From an uncultured Gemmatimonadales bacterium (GTDB taxonomy: Bacteria > Gemmatimonadota > Gemmatimonadetes > Gemmatimonadales > GWC2-71-9), in the NCBI GenBank assembly GCA_963726955.1, contig CAVSEC010000016.1:13683-77682 (forward strand): 64,000 nucleotides of DNA, given 5' to 3'. Under the pieces are notes generated by a model. The model was not told the origin of the DNA. It saw nothing but the letters and a program-made list of their open reading frames with translations, and searched no databases. Shown in pieces: positions 41,958-51,572 of the stretch; positions within the stretch are counted from its first letter, which is position 1, and every line of letters begins with the position of its first letter. The translations under genes were made by a program, and so were the position numbers.

Positions 41958-43034
41958 TTACGGCGCCGACGTGAAGAATCGGGCCACGGTCGGCAGCAGG
42001 GCGCCGCTGATCCGCTCCGGCATCCGGTCGACGTGCCCGCCATCGAACCGGGAGAGGCTGTAGCGAACATGGGCCCGGTCGAGCGCGCGGGTGAGCGTCG
42101 CCACGCCGGCCGGCACACTCGGCAGATGATCCTGGGTGCCCAGCTCCAGGTACAGCTCCGGCCGCTCCCGGCTCCGGACGAACAGCGGCAGCAGGCCGAT
42201 CGGCATCCGGCTGCGCCAGCGCGCCAGGGCCGCCGGCCGCGGGTGGAGGCGGCCGGCCGAGTCAGGCTCGTAGGGGAGCTCGCCGTAGAGCCGTGCCTTG
42301 TCAGGCGCCGGGGAGAGTGCGGCGGCGAGCGCCACGATGAAACGCAGCCCGGCCGGCGTGCGCGGGACGCTCCACGACTCCGCAAGGGCGGCCGGCGCCC
42401 ACGCCTCGCTGGCCGGGGCCAGCTCCCCCTCGAGGGAGACGCAGCAGGGGCTCATCGCATAGAGCAGCCCGAAACGCGCGGGCTGCGCAAAGCCGAGCAC
42501 CAGCGCGCCGTAGCCGCCCATCGAGTGCCCGGCGAGCGCCCGGTGCGCGCGGTCCGCCTGGGTGCGATAGTGCCGATCCACATAGTCCACCAGATCGCGC
42601 ATCACGAAGTCCGCCCATCCCCCCGCCACCGACGAGTTGGTGTAGAACCCGCCGCCGAGGCGGCTGTTGGCGTCCGGCATGACGATGAGAAATTCGCCGA
42701 GGGAGTCGGCGACGATCAGGCTGTCCATCATCGTCTGGAGATTGAGGCCGGGGTAGCTCCCATCGAGCCACTCGCTCGGCAGCGAGGTGAAGCCGTGCAG
42801 GAGATAAAGCACCGGGTAGCGGCGCTCCGGCTCCTGATCGTAGGATGGGGGCAGGTAGACGAGGACCTCTCGCGTGGCGCTGTCTCCGACGAGATTGCCT
42901 TCGAGCGCCGCCGAGTAGACCGAGTCGTGGACGATGCGGCTCTGCGCGGTCGCCCGGGTCGAGGGGAAGGCCGCGGTCAGCAGCAGCAGCCCGAGCGCCG
43001 CGCGGTAGGGTGTCATGCCAGCCGTCCGTTTCAT
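41958..43034 (-). CDS. exported alpha/beta hydrolase of the esterase D / enterochelin-esterase type
   Basis: Signal MKRTAGMTPYRAALGLLLLTAAFPSTRATAQ. YPVLYLLHGF and the nucleophile elbow GHSMGG are present. ATGA overlap with the permease stop. Confidence 0.8.
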   Translation of the reverse strand: MKRTAGMTPYRAALGLLLLTAAFPSTRATAQSRIVHDSVYSAALEGNLVGDSATREVLVYLPPSYDQEPERRYPVLYLLHGFTSLPSEWLDGSYPGLNLQTMMDSLIVADSLGEFLIVMPDANSRLGGGFYTNSSVAGGWADFVMRDLVDYVDRHYRTQADRAHRALAGHSMGGYGALVLGFAQPARFGLLYAMSPCCVSLEGELAPASEAWAPAALAESWSVPRTPAGLRFIVALAAALSPAPDKARLYGELPYEPDSAGRLHPRPAALARWRSRMPIGLLPLFVRSRERPELYLELGTQDHLPSVPAGVATLTRALDRAHVRYSLSRFDGGHVDRMPERISGALLPTVARFFTSAP

Positions 43035-44413
43035 GGATCGCGCCGTAGTCGGCTCAGCCAGAGGTAGACCGGCACACCCGTCGCCGCCAGTGCAACGCCG
43101 ATGAGGGTGTCCAGCGGGCGGGCGACGATGGCGCTCAGCAGCAGCGCCGCCATCACGACGATATACACCAGGGGCGTCCAGGGGTACCCCGGCGTCCGGT
43201 AGCCCGCCTCGGGGCCGGCGGCGGGGCGCAGCCGGAAGATCGCGGCGACCATCAGGATGTTCATCAGCTGAAACGGCACCACGAAGAAGTTGACCAGGCG
43301 GGAGAACGACCCGAAGAAGCCCAGGGCGGCGATCGCCGCGCCCGCCGTGAAGAGGATCGCGCCGTTCGGTGTCGCGGTGCGGGGCGAGACCCGGCCCAGC
43401 CGCGCGAAGAACCAGCGCAACGGTCCCGTCGCCGTCTCGAGATGCGCCGCCGCCAGGGTATAGAAGAGTCGCGGCAGCGTCATGACCAGTCCGCCGAGCG
43501 CACCGAAGATCGAGATCAGCATGAGCCCGTCGAGCCACGGCCCGCCGCGCGGTCCGTAGGCGGCGGTGGCCACCGTCGCCGCGATGGTGGTCGGTGCCTC
43601 CCGCATCGCGGGGAGCGGCACCACCCTGAGATAGGCGACGTTCACCACCAGGTAGAGCAACGTCAGCAGCGTGACACCGAGGCCCAGGCCGAGGGGCAGA
43701 TCGCGCGCCGGGTGGCGGACCTCACCGGCGACGTGGGAGACATCGATCCAGCCATCGTAGGTGAAGAGGACCGCCGCGACGCCCAGGCCCGCGAAGCGGA
43801 AGAAGCCGAGGAACGCTGGCAGGAGGCCATCGGCTGCCGGCCCGGCGCCGCTGCCCGCGGTGCCTGCCGCCTCCGCACCATGAGCGAACAGCAGCGCCCC
43901 GCCGATCAGTCCCACGATCCCCGCGATCTTCACCGTGGTCACCAGGACCTGCATCCAGCCGCCCCAGGTGACGCCAGCGAGATTGATGGCGGCAAAGAAA
44001 CCGATCGCGGCCACTCCCCACCAGACCGGGGTGATCGAGGCGTGCGTGCCGAGAGCGCGGTGCATGAACTCGCCGAAGACGATTGCGACGCCGGCCACTG
44101 ACCCCGGGCCGCTGACCCACAGCTCCATCCACACCAGCAGGAACCCCCAGAGCGGACCGAAGCCCTGGCGGATGATGTGGTAGCTCGCGCCGGCGCGCGG
44201 GAGCAGGCGGCAGAGCTCCGCGAGCGTGAGCGCTCCGCAGAGGCTGATCAGACCGCAGAGCGCCCAGATGAAGTGGACCTGCCAGGGATGCTGCGCGAGG
44301 GCCGCGAGTTCGCCCGGCGTAAAGAAAACCCCGGAGCCGAGCATGTTGCCGGCCACCAGCGCCATGACGGCCGCGAGTCCGAGCCGGCGCTTGAGCGAGG
44401 GCGCGGCGGTCAC
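43031..44413 (-). CDS. APC-superfamily amino-acid permease
   Basis: 460 aa with about 12 TM helices. The N-terminal motif is VMALVAGNMLGSGVFFTPG. Confidence 0.9.
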   Translation of the reverse strand: MTAAPSLKRRLGLAAVMALVAGNMLGSGVFFTPGELAALAQHPWQVHFIWALCGLISLCGALTLAELCRLLPRAGASYHIIRQGFGPLWGFLLVWMELWVSGPGSVAGVAIVFGEFMHRALGTHASITPVWWGVAAIGFFAAINLAGVTWGGWMQVLVTTVKIAGIVGLIGGALLFAHGAEAAGTAGSGAGPAADGLLPAFLGFFRFAGLGVAAVLFTYDGWIDVSHVAGEVRHPARDLPLGLGLGVTLLTLLYLVVNVAYLRVVPLPAMREAPTTIAATVATAAYGPRGGPWLDGLMLISIFGALGGLVMTLPRLFYTLAAAHLETATGPLRWFFARLGRVSPRTATPNGAILFTAGAAIAALGFFGSFSRLVNFFVVPFQLMNILMVAAIFRLRPAAGPEAGYRTPGYPWTPLVYIVVMAALLLSAIVARPLDTLIGVALAATGVPVYLWLSRLRRDP

Positions 44414-45201
44414 GCCGAGCGTACCGCCTCCACCAGTGCCTGGACCTGCGTGGCGATCACCCGGTCGGTGGCCGCTCGGCCGCTGCGGAGCGCGGTCCCC
44501 ACGATGGCCCCGTCGGCGAGCGGCATGAGGTGCGGGGCGTTGGCCGGAGTGAGCCCGCTGCCGATCAGGATCGGCAGGTTGCCGCCGCGGGCGGCGCGCA
44601 GGTCGTCGGATGTGGGGCCGGTCCCGGTCTCGTGGCTGGTCACGATCACCGCGTCGGCACCTGCCTCTTCCGCCTCACGCGCCGACTGGGCCAGCGGCTT
44701 GGGCCCGCCGATCGGCGAGCTGTACTTCACCTGCAGATCGGGGAAGAGCAGCACCGATTCGGCGCGGATGCGCCGCCGGTACTCGAGCACCGCCGCCGGC
44801 TCCGGTTCGAAAGGGCCGCACTTGGTCAGCACCCGGTCCACGAAGAAGTCCATGCGGATGAAGCGGGCGCCGGTGGCGGCGGCGATGGCGAGCGAGGCGC
44901 GCCAGTCGTTGAGCAGCACCTCGACCCCGATCGGAACCCGCGCGCGGGCGACGACCTCGCTGGTGACCCTGGTCATCGCCGCGTGGATCTCCGCCCCGCC
45001 GAGCATGGTGTGCGGCTGATCGAAGTCGTTCTCGATCAGCGCGCCATCCACTCCGTTCGACTGCAGCGCATCGAGATCGGCGAGGGCGGCCTCGACGAGA
45101 GCATCGATGGAGTGAAAGGCGGGGTAGCCCGGCATCGGTGGCAGCGCGATCATCCCGATGACCGGCTTGCCGGTCGGAAAGAGCGTCCGAAAGCGGCTCA
45201 T
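44410..45201 (-). CDS. BtpA/SgcQ-family TIM-barrel protein
   Basis: KPVIGMIALPPMPG...VDGALIENDFDQP...FIRMDFFVD...DAVIVTSHETG...LIGSGLTPAN. ATGA overlaps at both ends. Confidence 0.8.
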   Translation of the reverse strand: MSRFRTLFPTGKPVIGMIALPPMPGYPAFHSIDALVEAALADLDALQSNGVDGALIENDFDQPHTMLGGAEIHAAMTRVTSEVVARARVPIGVEVLLNDWRASLAIAAATGARFIRMDFFVDRVLTKCGPFEPEPAAVLEYRRRIRAESVLLFPDLQVKYSSPIGGPKPLAQSAREAEEAGADAVIVTSHETGTGPTSDDLRAARGGNLPILIGSGLTPANAPHLMPLADGAIVGTALRSGRAATDRVIATQVQALVEAVRSA

Positions 45202-46031
45202 GCCCCGGTGCGCTCCGCGGTCGCACCGAGGTGACGGATTACCTGCGCGGCCTGGACGGCGCCGGCGCGGAGCGCCACCGGTACATCGTGCTCGCGAAAG
45301 TAGCTGACGGTAAAGGCCGCCTGAAAGGCGTCTCCGCATCCGGTGGTGTCGACCCGCTCCTCGAGCGGCACCGGGACGGCAGTCTCCGTGTGGCAGTGGC
45401 CGTTGAGCAGCGCGGTGCTGCCCGCCGCGCCATGGGTGATGACGACCAGCGTACCGCTCCGCTCGCAGTGCGTCATCAGCCGGCCGACCGCCGCCGCGCC
45501 GCCGCTCAGGAAGAGGAGGTCAAAGGCGCCCAGCAGCGGCTCGATCCCGGCCAGATCTGCGCCCAGCTCGGCGCCATCGAGCAGATCGCCGACGAGGACT
45601 CCGCGCCGAGCAGTGTCCTGCACCACCGCATCGAAGAGATGGGCGATCTCCTGAAAGCATGGGACCGCCACGACATCCGCGGCGCGAATGACCTCCAGGT
45701 CCGCCTCACTTAACCGGAAATCGACGAGCACGCCGGGATCATAGCCGCCGGGCGGGAAGAACCGCTCCGCGCCGGCGGCGTGGCGGATCACCTGGGAGGC
45801 GGTGCGCCCGGGGAGCTGGTGCAGCGCGCTGGTGGAGACGCCGGCATCACGGAGCCACGCCGGGATCGCGTCGCTGCCGGCATCCGTCCCGATGCAGCTG
45901 ACGAGGCTCACCTCGTGGGCGCCGGCGAGGCGTGCCTGAATCGCGAAGTTGAGCGAGATCCCGCCGACGCGGGTCGCACCGAGCGCCGGGTAGCGATCCA
46001 GGGTACACTCGCCCACCGCGACGACCCTCAC
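45198..46031 (-). CDS. PfkB-family (ribokinase-like) carbohydrate kinase
   Basis: VITHGAAGS and the DTTGCGDAFQAAF anion-hole/catalytic motif. The GTG start overlaps the upstream stop (GTGA). Confidence 0.85.
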   Translation of the reverse strand: MRVVAVGECTLDRYPALGATRVGGISLNFAIQARLAGAHEVSLVSCIGTDAGSDAIPAWLRDAGVSTSALHQLPGRTASQVIRHAAGAERFFPPGGYDPGVLVDFRLSEADLEVIRAADVVAVPCFQEIAHLFDAVVQDTARRGVLVGDLLDGAELGADLAGIEPLLGAFDLLFLSGGAAAVGRLMTHCERSGTLVVITHGAAGSTALLNGHCHTETAVPVPLEERVDTTGCGDAFQAAFTVSYFREHDVPVALRAGAVQAAQVIRHLGATAERTGA

Positions 46032-46531
46032 GGCGACTCGGGCCGTTGGCGAAGGTTGCGGACCAGGAACCCGACCACGAGCAGATTCACCACGATCACC
46101 AGCGCCTTGATGAACGCGGGACGATGAACCACTTCATAGATCTCGATCGGCACGAATGACGCCGTCGCGATGACCGTGAGCCACTCGGCCCACCGCAGCC
46201 CGCGCCAGAGGCCGATCCCTTCGACGGCGAAGAGCAGCGCATACACCAGGGATCCGACGGCGAGGGTCTCGGCGTGGCCGCGGTGCAGATTGAGCATCCA
46301 GCTCACCGCCCGGCGCACCAGGTCCTGCTGGGTATCCAGCGGCATGTCGCCCACCCACTCCTGCACATCGGCCGCCACTTCCGGCCGGAGCAGGTTGAGC
46401 GTCGCGAGCGCCACGCCGGTCAGCAGCAGCGTCTGCACGAACTTGAAGGCGGCGATCAGGCGGAGGGAGCGCGTGCCGGGTGGGGGCAGCGGCCGACTGT
46501 CGAGGGGAGGGTGGCCGGCAGTGCCGGGCAT
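46028..46531 (-). CDS. DUF2127-like membrane protein
   Basis: LRLIAAFKFVQTLLLTGVALATL...AVEGIGLWRGLRWAEWLTVIATASFVPIEIYEV, with four TM helices. Confidence 0.7.
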   Translation of the reverse strand: MPGTAGHPPLDSRPLPPPGTRSLRLIAAFKFVQTLLLTGVALATLNLLRPEVAADVQEWVGDMPLDTQQDLVRRAVSWMLNLHRGHAETLAVGSLVYALLFAVEGIGLWRGLRWAEWLTVIATASFVPIEIYEVVHRPAFIKALVIVVNLLVVGFLVRNLRQRPESP

Positions 46532-46622
46532 AGCGCTCTAGGGGAATCCTGAGAGGTGGTCGGCGAGTCGAGAATGCACGGCGCCGAAAGGTGCCGGGCG
46601 AGGGTCGCTGGCGCCAGTGCGT

Positions 46623-47414
46623 TCAGGGAACGACCGGATCCGCCGCGCCCACCGCCTCGAAGGTGTGCGATCCGCGCAGTCGCTTCCAGAGAAAGGCCTC
46701 GTACGCCATGCGCCGGCGCTCGATCCGGTCGGCATCCGCCTGGTCGGGGAGCATCGGCCGGAGGAAGGAGACCGGCACCTGCGCCACGGCGTCGGTGAGC
46801 GCCGCGCGCGGGAGAAGCGCGGTGAGAATCGGATCCCAGTCGCGCAGGCGAGTCGCGGCGGCGGCCAGCACGTGCCCCGAGACCGACCAGAGCCGGTGCG
46901 GCGTCGCCTCGGAGACGGCCGTCCAGTTGTGCTGGAACGGGAGCGCGGCGCCGTGATCGATGAGCCAGAGGCGCCGGCCCTGCACCAGGATGTTCGGGTT
47001 GCGCGGAGTGCGATCGGGGTTGAGCACGAGCCAGTCGAGCCAGCAGACCTGGGAGGCAAAGTCGGGGCTGACCAACCCCATGTCGCTCGACTGGAACGGG
47101 CGGCCCGGCTCGAGATACTCGAAGCCCAGGTTCTCGCCGGTGCTCGCGTGGAGCAGGTCGGCGAGTTCATCGTTGCGATCGTCGGTCGGGATCCCGGGCG
47201 GAAAGGTGACCACGCGCCGCGACGGCACCGGCAGACCCAGGCGGTCGGCGAGCGCGGCGACGATCACCTCCGCCACCAGCGAGGCGGTGCCCTGCGCGGC
47301 GCCGCGGAGCTTGACGAAGCTGAGGCCGTCGGCGGTCTCGACGATCACCGGCCAGGAGCTGCCGCGCCGATCCGCCCGGAGCACGCGCGTCGCCGCGACA
47401 TCCGGGAGCAGCAT
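46623..47414 (-). CDS. HipA-like (HipA_2 type) kinase-fold protein
   Basis: FVKLRGAAQGTASLVAEVIVAALADRLGLPVP, NPDRTPRNPNILV and WLIDHGAAL resemble the kinase family that is usually paired with DUF3037. The ATG at 47414 was verified. Confidence 0.6.
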   Translation of the reverse strand: MLLPDVAATRVLRADRRGSSWPVIVETADGLSFVKLRGAAQGTASLVAEVIVAALADRLGLPVPSRRVVTFPPGIPTDDRNDELADLLHASTGENLGFEYLEPGRPFQSSDMGLVSPDFASQVCWLDWLVLNPDRTPRNPNILVQGRRLWLIDHGAALPFQHNWTAVSEATPHRLWSVSGHVLAAAATRLRDWDPILTALLPRAALTDAVAQVPVSFLRPMLPDQADADRIERRRMAYEAFLWKRLRGSHTFEAVGAADPVVP

Positions 47415-47614
47415 CGGGGCACCTCGTGGCGCAGGGAAGTGGAGGACTGCTGACGGCGGAACGGTAGGGGACGGCGCGGAGCGGAACAAGGCGACACCCA
47501 GCCCGGGAGCGGTGTTGGACGGGGAGGACGGCTCTCCTACTATTCGTTCCGCGATGGCGGCCGCACCCTCGGGCGGACCCGGCGCATCGCCCCACATGGC
47601 ACTCGGGGCCCACG

Positions 47615-48556
47615 GTGACTCAGCGACGGGCGTGGATCGGCTTCTGGATTCTGGCGCTCGTCTGGGGCTCCTCTTTCCTCTTCATCCGCATCGGGGTCGA
47701 GCAGCTCTCGACCTTTCAGGTCGTCTTCGCCCGGACCGGGATCGCGGCGCTGGGACTCAACCTGATCGTCTACCTCCGCGGCAAGCGCATTCCGACCGAT
47801 CGCGCCAGCCTGCGCGACTTCCTGATCGTCGGCGTCGTCAATACCGTGCTGCCCTTTGCGCTCATCACCTGGGGGGAGAAGACCGTCGAGAGCGGACTGG
47901 CAGCGGTGCTGCAGGGGACCGCAGCGCTGTTCACGATGGTGGTGGCGCACTACACCTTTCACGACGAACGGATCACCCCGCGCAAGGTGGCCGGGGTCGT
48001 CATCGGATTCCTCGGGCTGCTGGTACTGGCGAGCCGCAGCACCGCGGCCGAGGTCGCCGGTACCGATCCGGCGGGCCACCTCCTCGGCCAGATGGCGATC
48101 GTGCTCGCCTGCTTCTGCTACGCCCTCGGCGCGACCTACAGCCGCAAGGCGATCCAGAACCGGCTGGACCCGATCGTGCTCTCCGCTGGCGCCATGGCCC
48201 TGACCGCCACCATCAGCGGCGCGATCTGCTACGGCCTTCCTCTCCTCGGCGGTCCGGCGCCGGCCCCCTGGAGCAGCCTGACACCTCATGTCGCCGGCGC
48301 GATGCTCACCCTCGGCCTGCTCAACACCTTTGTCGCCTACCTCATATTCTATTCGATCGTCAGCACCCTTGGCGCGGGGCGGGCCTCCATGGTGACCTAC
48401 GTCATCCCCGCGATCGGACTGGCGCTCGGGGCGCTCTTCCTCGACGAGAAAGTGGACCTCCGCCTGCTCGTCGGCGCGGCGATGATCGTCGGGAGCATCG
48501 GCATCGTGAATCTCAAGCTGGGCGGTCGCCTCCGGAAGCCGGCGGGTGGCGCCTGA
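47615..48556 (+). CDS. DMT-superfamily transporter (two EamA domains)
   Basis: 313 aa with 10 TM helices. WGSSFLFIRIGV and the duplicated EamA architecture are present. Confidence 0.9.
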   Translation: MTQRRAWIGFWILALVWGSSFLFIRIGVEQLSTFQVVFARTGIAALGLNLIVYLRGKRIPTDRASLRDFLIVGVVNTVLPFALITWGEKTVESGLAAVLQGTAALFTMVVAHYTFHDERITPRKVAGVVIGFLGLLVLASRSTAAEVAGTDPAGHLLGQMAIVLACFCYALGATYSRKAIQNRLDPIVLSAGAMALTATISGAICYGLPLLGGPAPAPWSSLTPHVAGAMLTLGLLNTFVAYLIFYSIVSTLGAGRASMVTYVIPAIGLALGALFLDEKVDLRLLVGAAMIVGSIGIVNLKLGGRLRKPAGGA

Positions 48557-48568
48557 CGGACGGCGCGC

Positions 48569-49282
48569 TCAATGCGCGCCATGCAGCTCCTCGAAACGGC
48601 TGTTGCCGATCGGATAGACCTTCCAGTCCTTGTAGTCGAAGTGCCACCACTCATGCTCGTAGACCGTGAATCCCTCCGCCTCCATGGCGGAGCGGAGGAA
48701 GTCGCGCATCCGCCGCTCCTCCGCCGAGCCACCGGTGTAGTCGGGATTCGCGCGGGGCGAGAACTCGTCGTAGAGACTCGGCATCGGCACCGGCTTGCCG
48801 GTGCGGAGATTGAAGAGTGTGAGGTCTACCGCGCAACCCCGGTTGTGGCGCGAGCCGTGCGCCGGATCGGCGACGAAGTCGTGCTGGCTGGGCGGTGTGG
48901 CATCCCAGAAGACCTTGGTGATGTACCAGGGGCGGTAGGCATCGTGGATCAGCAGCCCGTAGCCCTGGGCCCGGAGCGCACGGTGCACCCGCACGACCGC
49001 CTCCGCGGCGGGGCGCTGCAGAAAGGCGCGCGCCTGACTATAGAGCGGCGTACTGAGAAAGTTGCGGCTGGTCGCGTAGCGGATGTCCAGGTGGATCGTC
49101 GAGTCGAGGCTGACGACCTCCACCAGATCCGACGGCCGGAAGGGACCCGCCTCGGCCGGTGGCGTGGCACGCAGCGCCTCCTCCCGCAGCTCGGCCACCG
49201 GCCGCACCGGGGTGATGTGAAAGACCGGAGCGGAGTGGCAGGCCATGAGACTGGCCAGCAGGATCGGAACGAAGCGGCGCAT
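48569..49282 (-). CDS. D-alanyl-D-alanine dipeptidase (VanX/DdpX, peptidase M15D) with a lipoprotein signal
   Basis: Lipobox ILLASLMAC. IRYATSRNF, LLIHDAYRP, SRHNRGCAVDLTL and EWWHFD are zinc-ligand and catalytic motifs of VanX-type enzymes. Confidence 0.9.
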   Translation of the reverse strand: MRRFVPILLASLMACHSAPVFHITPVRPVAELREEALRATPPAEAGPFRPSDLVEVVSLDSTIHLDIRYATSRNFLSTPLYSQARAFLQRPAAEAVVRVHRALRAQGYGLLIHDAYRPWYITKVFWDATPPSQHDFVADPAHGSRHNRGCAVDLTLFNLRTGKPVPMPSLYDEFSPRANPDYTGGSAEERRMRDFLRSAMEAEGFTVYEHEWWHFDYKDWKVYPIGNSRFEELHGAH

Positions 49283-49347
49283 AAGCTCTCCCGGCGTGCG
49301 CAGATAGATTTCAGGCATGACGCAGGCGATCCGGCCGGCTCTCCCAC

Positions 49348-50346
49348 TCAGGGCCATGTGGTCAGCCCCGACCCCCCGATGGTGGTGCTGCCGTGCTCCC
49401 CCGCGAGCAGCTGGCGAGAGGTGAGGATCGAGAACCCCTCGAATCGGAACTCGATCTGGTTGTTGCCCCTGTCGGTGCCGGTCACTCTCCCGGCGCGCAC
49501 CTTTGCCATGGCGTCGTGGACCGCCAGCAGGCGGTGCGGGTCCGCGACCGCCTGGTTGTGCGCCGAGAGCAGTTTCCGGAGCGACGGCACCAGAGGAAGG
49601 AGCCGGTCGATGGAACGCTGATAGGCGTCGAGGTCGGTCTCCGGGACGTAGAGCCAGATCGGCCCTTCGTAGTAGGTATCGCCGGTCCAGAGCAGGCCGG
49701 CCGCGCGATCGAGCAGTGCCACCGCGTCCGGCGTGTGACCCGGCACCGTGATGATCTCGAGGCTGCGCCCTCCCAGTGCGATCCGATCGCCATCGGCGAT
49801 CCAGGTCGTCGGCGTCCATGCGCGGGTGTGAAAGGCCGCCGAGTCGACACCCTGCGGGATCGGCCGGCAGAGCGCGCCGGGGGTGACTTCACCCGCGAGC
49901 TGGACATGCGCAAAGCCCGCAATGTTCTTCCGGGTGAACGGCGTGTCCAGCGCGAGGATCTGCTGGAACTCGGCGTTGCCGCCCACATGATCGTAGTGGG
50001 TGTGCGAGTTGAGCACCGTCACGGGGAGCGGCGTGAGCTCCCGCACGACCTCACTGATCGTGCCGATGCCGAGTCCGGTGTCGAAGAGAAGGGCGCGGTC
50101 TGTGCCAAGAATGAGATAGGAGATCACCTCCTGGAACTGCGCCGGTTCGTAGATCGCAAAGACGCCGGGATCAACCCGGTAGACCTCGAACCAGTCGGAC
50201 CGGACCGGCACCCGCTCGAGCGCCTTGAAGCCGGCTCTCGGCAACAGGTCGCACCAGCGGGCCGCCACCGGAACCACTGGTACCGGGGGCGGCGCCTGAC
50301 AGGCGCCCAGACCCGCAATGAGGAGGAGCAGGCCGCGACGGAGCAT
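49348..50346 (-). CDS. MBL-fold metallo-hydrolase lipoprotein
   Basis: Lipobox LLLIAGLGAC and HTHYDHVGG (HxHxDH), with later GHTPD and SAHN. Confidence 0.85.
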   Translation of the reverse strand: MLRRGLLLLIAGLGACQAPPPVPVVPVAARWCDLLPRAGFKALERVPVRSDWFEVYRVDPGVFAIYEPAQFQEVISYLILGTDRALLFDTGLGIGTISEVVRELTPLPVTVLNSHTHYDHVGGNAEFQQILALDTPFTRKNIAGFAHVQLAGEVTPGALCRPIPQGVDSAAFHTRAWTPTTWIADGDRIALGGRSLEIITVPGHTPDAVALLDRAAGLLWTGDTYYEGPIWLYVPETDLDAYQRSIDRLLPLVPSLRKLLSAHNQAVADPHRLLAVHDAMAKVRAGRVTGTDRGNNQIEFRFEGFSILTSRQLLAGEHGSTTIGGSGLTTWP

Positions 50347-50377
50347 GCGTGCCGATCGGGTGGCGTATGCCGCGGTA

Positions 50378-50818
50378 TCAGACCCGGAGGTAGTCCGGGC
50401 GCCAGTTCGTGATGAGCGCCTTGATCGCGCTCCGGGAGGTCAGTCCTTCCGTGATGACCCGGCGGACCAGCCCGGGGATCTCCGCATCCGAGGCGAAACG
50501 CAGCGCCGCGAGCTGGCCGACGGTGAGCGAGGCGATCTCCGGCTGCAGATCGGCGGGCAGCAGGCGGGCGAGGCGCAGCCGCTCCTCGAGGCGGATCACC
50601 CGGTCCTGTGCGACCAGCGGGAAGACACGGACATACCACCCGAGCACCGTCAGGATCAGGGCGACCAGCACGCCACCGACGCTGTCGAGGCCCGGCTGGC
50701 GAAAGAGCTGGACGAAGGCCACCACGAGGTAGGCGAGAACCAGCGCGCCGCCGAGTTGGTGAAAGCCGGGGACGATCCGCTTGTGATTGGCCAGCGACTG
50801 CGGTTCCATCGATGCCAT
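50378..50818 (-). CDS. two-TM membrane protein (DUF6526-like, uncertain)
   Basis: 146-aa ORF with two hydrophobic helices followed by a soluble C-terminal domain. The family name is from memory only. Confidence 0.5.
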   Translation of the reverse strand: MASMEPQSLANHKRIVPGFHQLGGALVLAYLVVAFVQLFRQPGLDSVGGVLVALILTVLGWYVRVFPLVAQDRVIRLEERLRLARLLPADLQPEIASLTVGQLAALRFASDAEIPGLVRRVITEGLTSRSAIKALITNWRPDYLRV

Positions 50819-50861
50819 GGGCTGCCTTGGGTGAGGCGGAATGAGTGACCGGGGCCGGGAC

Positions 50862-51392
50862 TCAGGGTGCCGGGGTGATCGTGTAGTCGAAATCGTAGGA
50901 GTGCTGCTTGCCCTCGATGATGATCTCCATGGTGCCGCTGAGGCCGGTGAGCTCGTCGGTGCCCGAATCGGGGACCACCGTCACCGAGAGGTGCGGCGTT
51001 CCTCGCGTCATCGTCCCGCTGTGCTGCAGCACGAAGCTCCCGCGCCGGCCGTGCAGGGTGCCGGTCACCCGTTCCATCGCGACATAGCCGGCGGAACCCT
51101 GAACGCTCGACATCGCCGCCAGCATCTGGCCCTGGCTGGTCGCCTCGAGGTCGCCATGAAACTGCTTGTCGATCACCATCCGACCCAGCGCGGAGTGGTC
51201 CGTGCTGTCGTCCGGAGCGCGGGGTGTCAGCTTCACGTCAAAGGTGCCAGTGGCGTGGGTCGTCACGGCGTGCTCCGGGTCGATTGAGTCTCGGATCGGT
51301 GCGGGGCCCTGGGCGGATCCCGAGGCGCTGCGGCTGAGTGAGAGCAATAGTAGCAGGGCGAGAGGCGCCCCGGCGCGAGGGCGTGGCGGCAT
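50862..51392 (-). CDS. DUF3224-domain protein with a signal peptide
   Basis: GTFDVKL...[17 protein letters not shown]...[28 protein letters not shown]...[15 protein letters not shown]. The ATG at 51392 was verified. Confidence 0.75.
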   Translation of the reverse strand: MPPRPRAGAPLALLLLLSLSRSASGSAQGPAPIRDSIDPEHAVTTHATGTFDVKLTPRAPDDSTDHSALGRMVIDKQFHGDLEATSQGQMLAAMSSVQGSAGYVAMERVTGTLHGRRGSFVLQHSGTMTRGTPHLSVTVVPDSGTDELTGLSGTMEIIIEGKQHSYDFDYTITPAP

Positions 51393-51572
51393 GGGGACTC
51401 CTGGGGTGGTTGCTGCCTGTGGCACAGGACGAGACTGCGCCGCGGTACGGATCCGGGAACCGGGCTCGACGCCGTAGACCGGGCCGAGCTCATCGATGCC
51501 CGAGGGTTTCACGGCGATGGCGATCTCGTACCGCCCGGTGCCTGGGTCGGCGAGCTCCAGTAGGCGCTGCGG

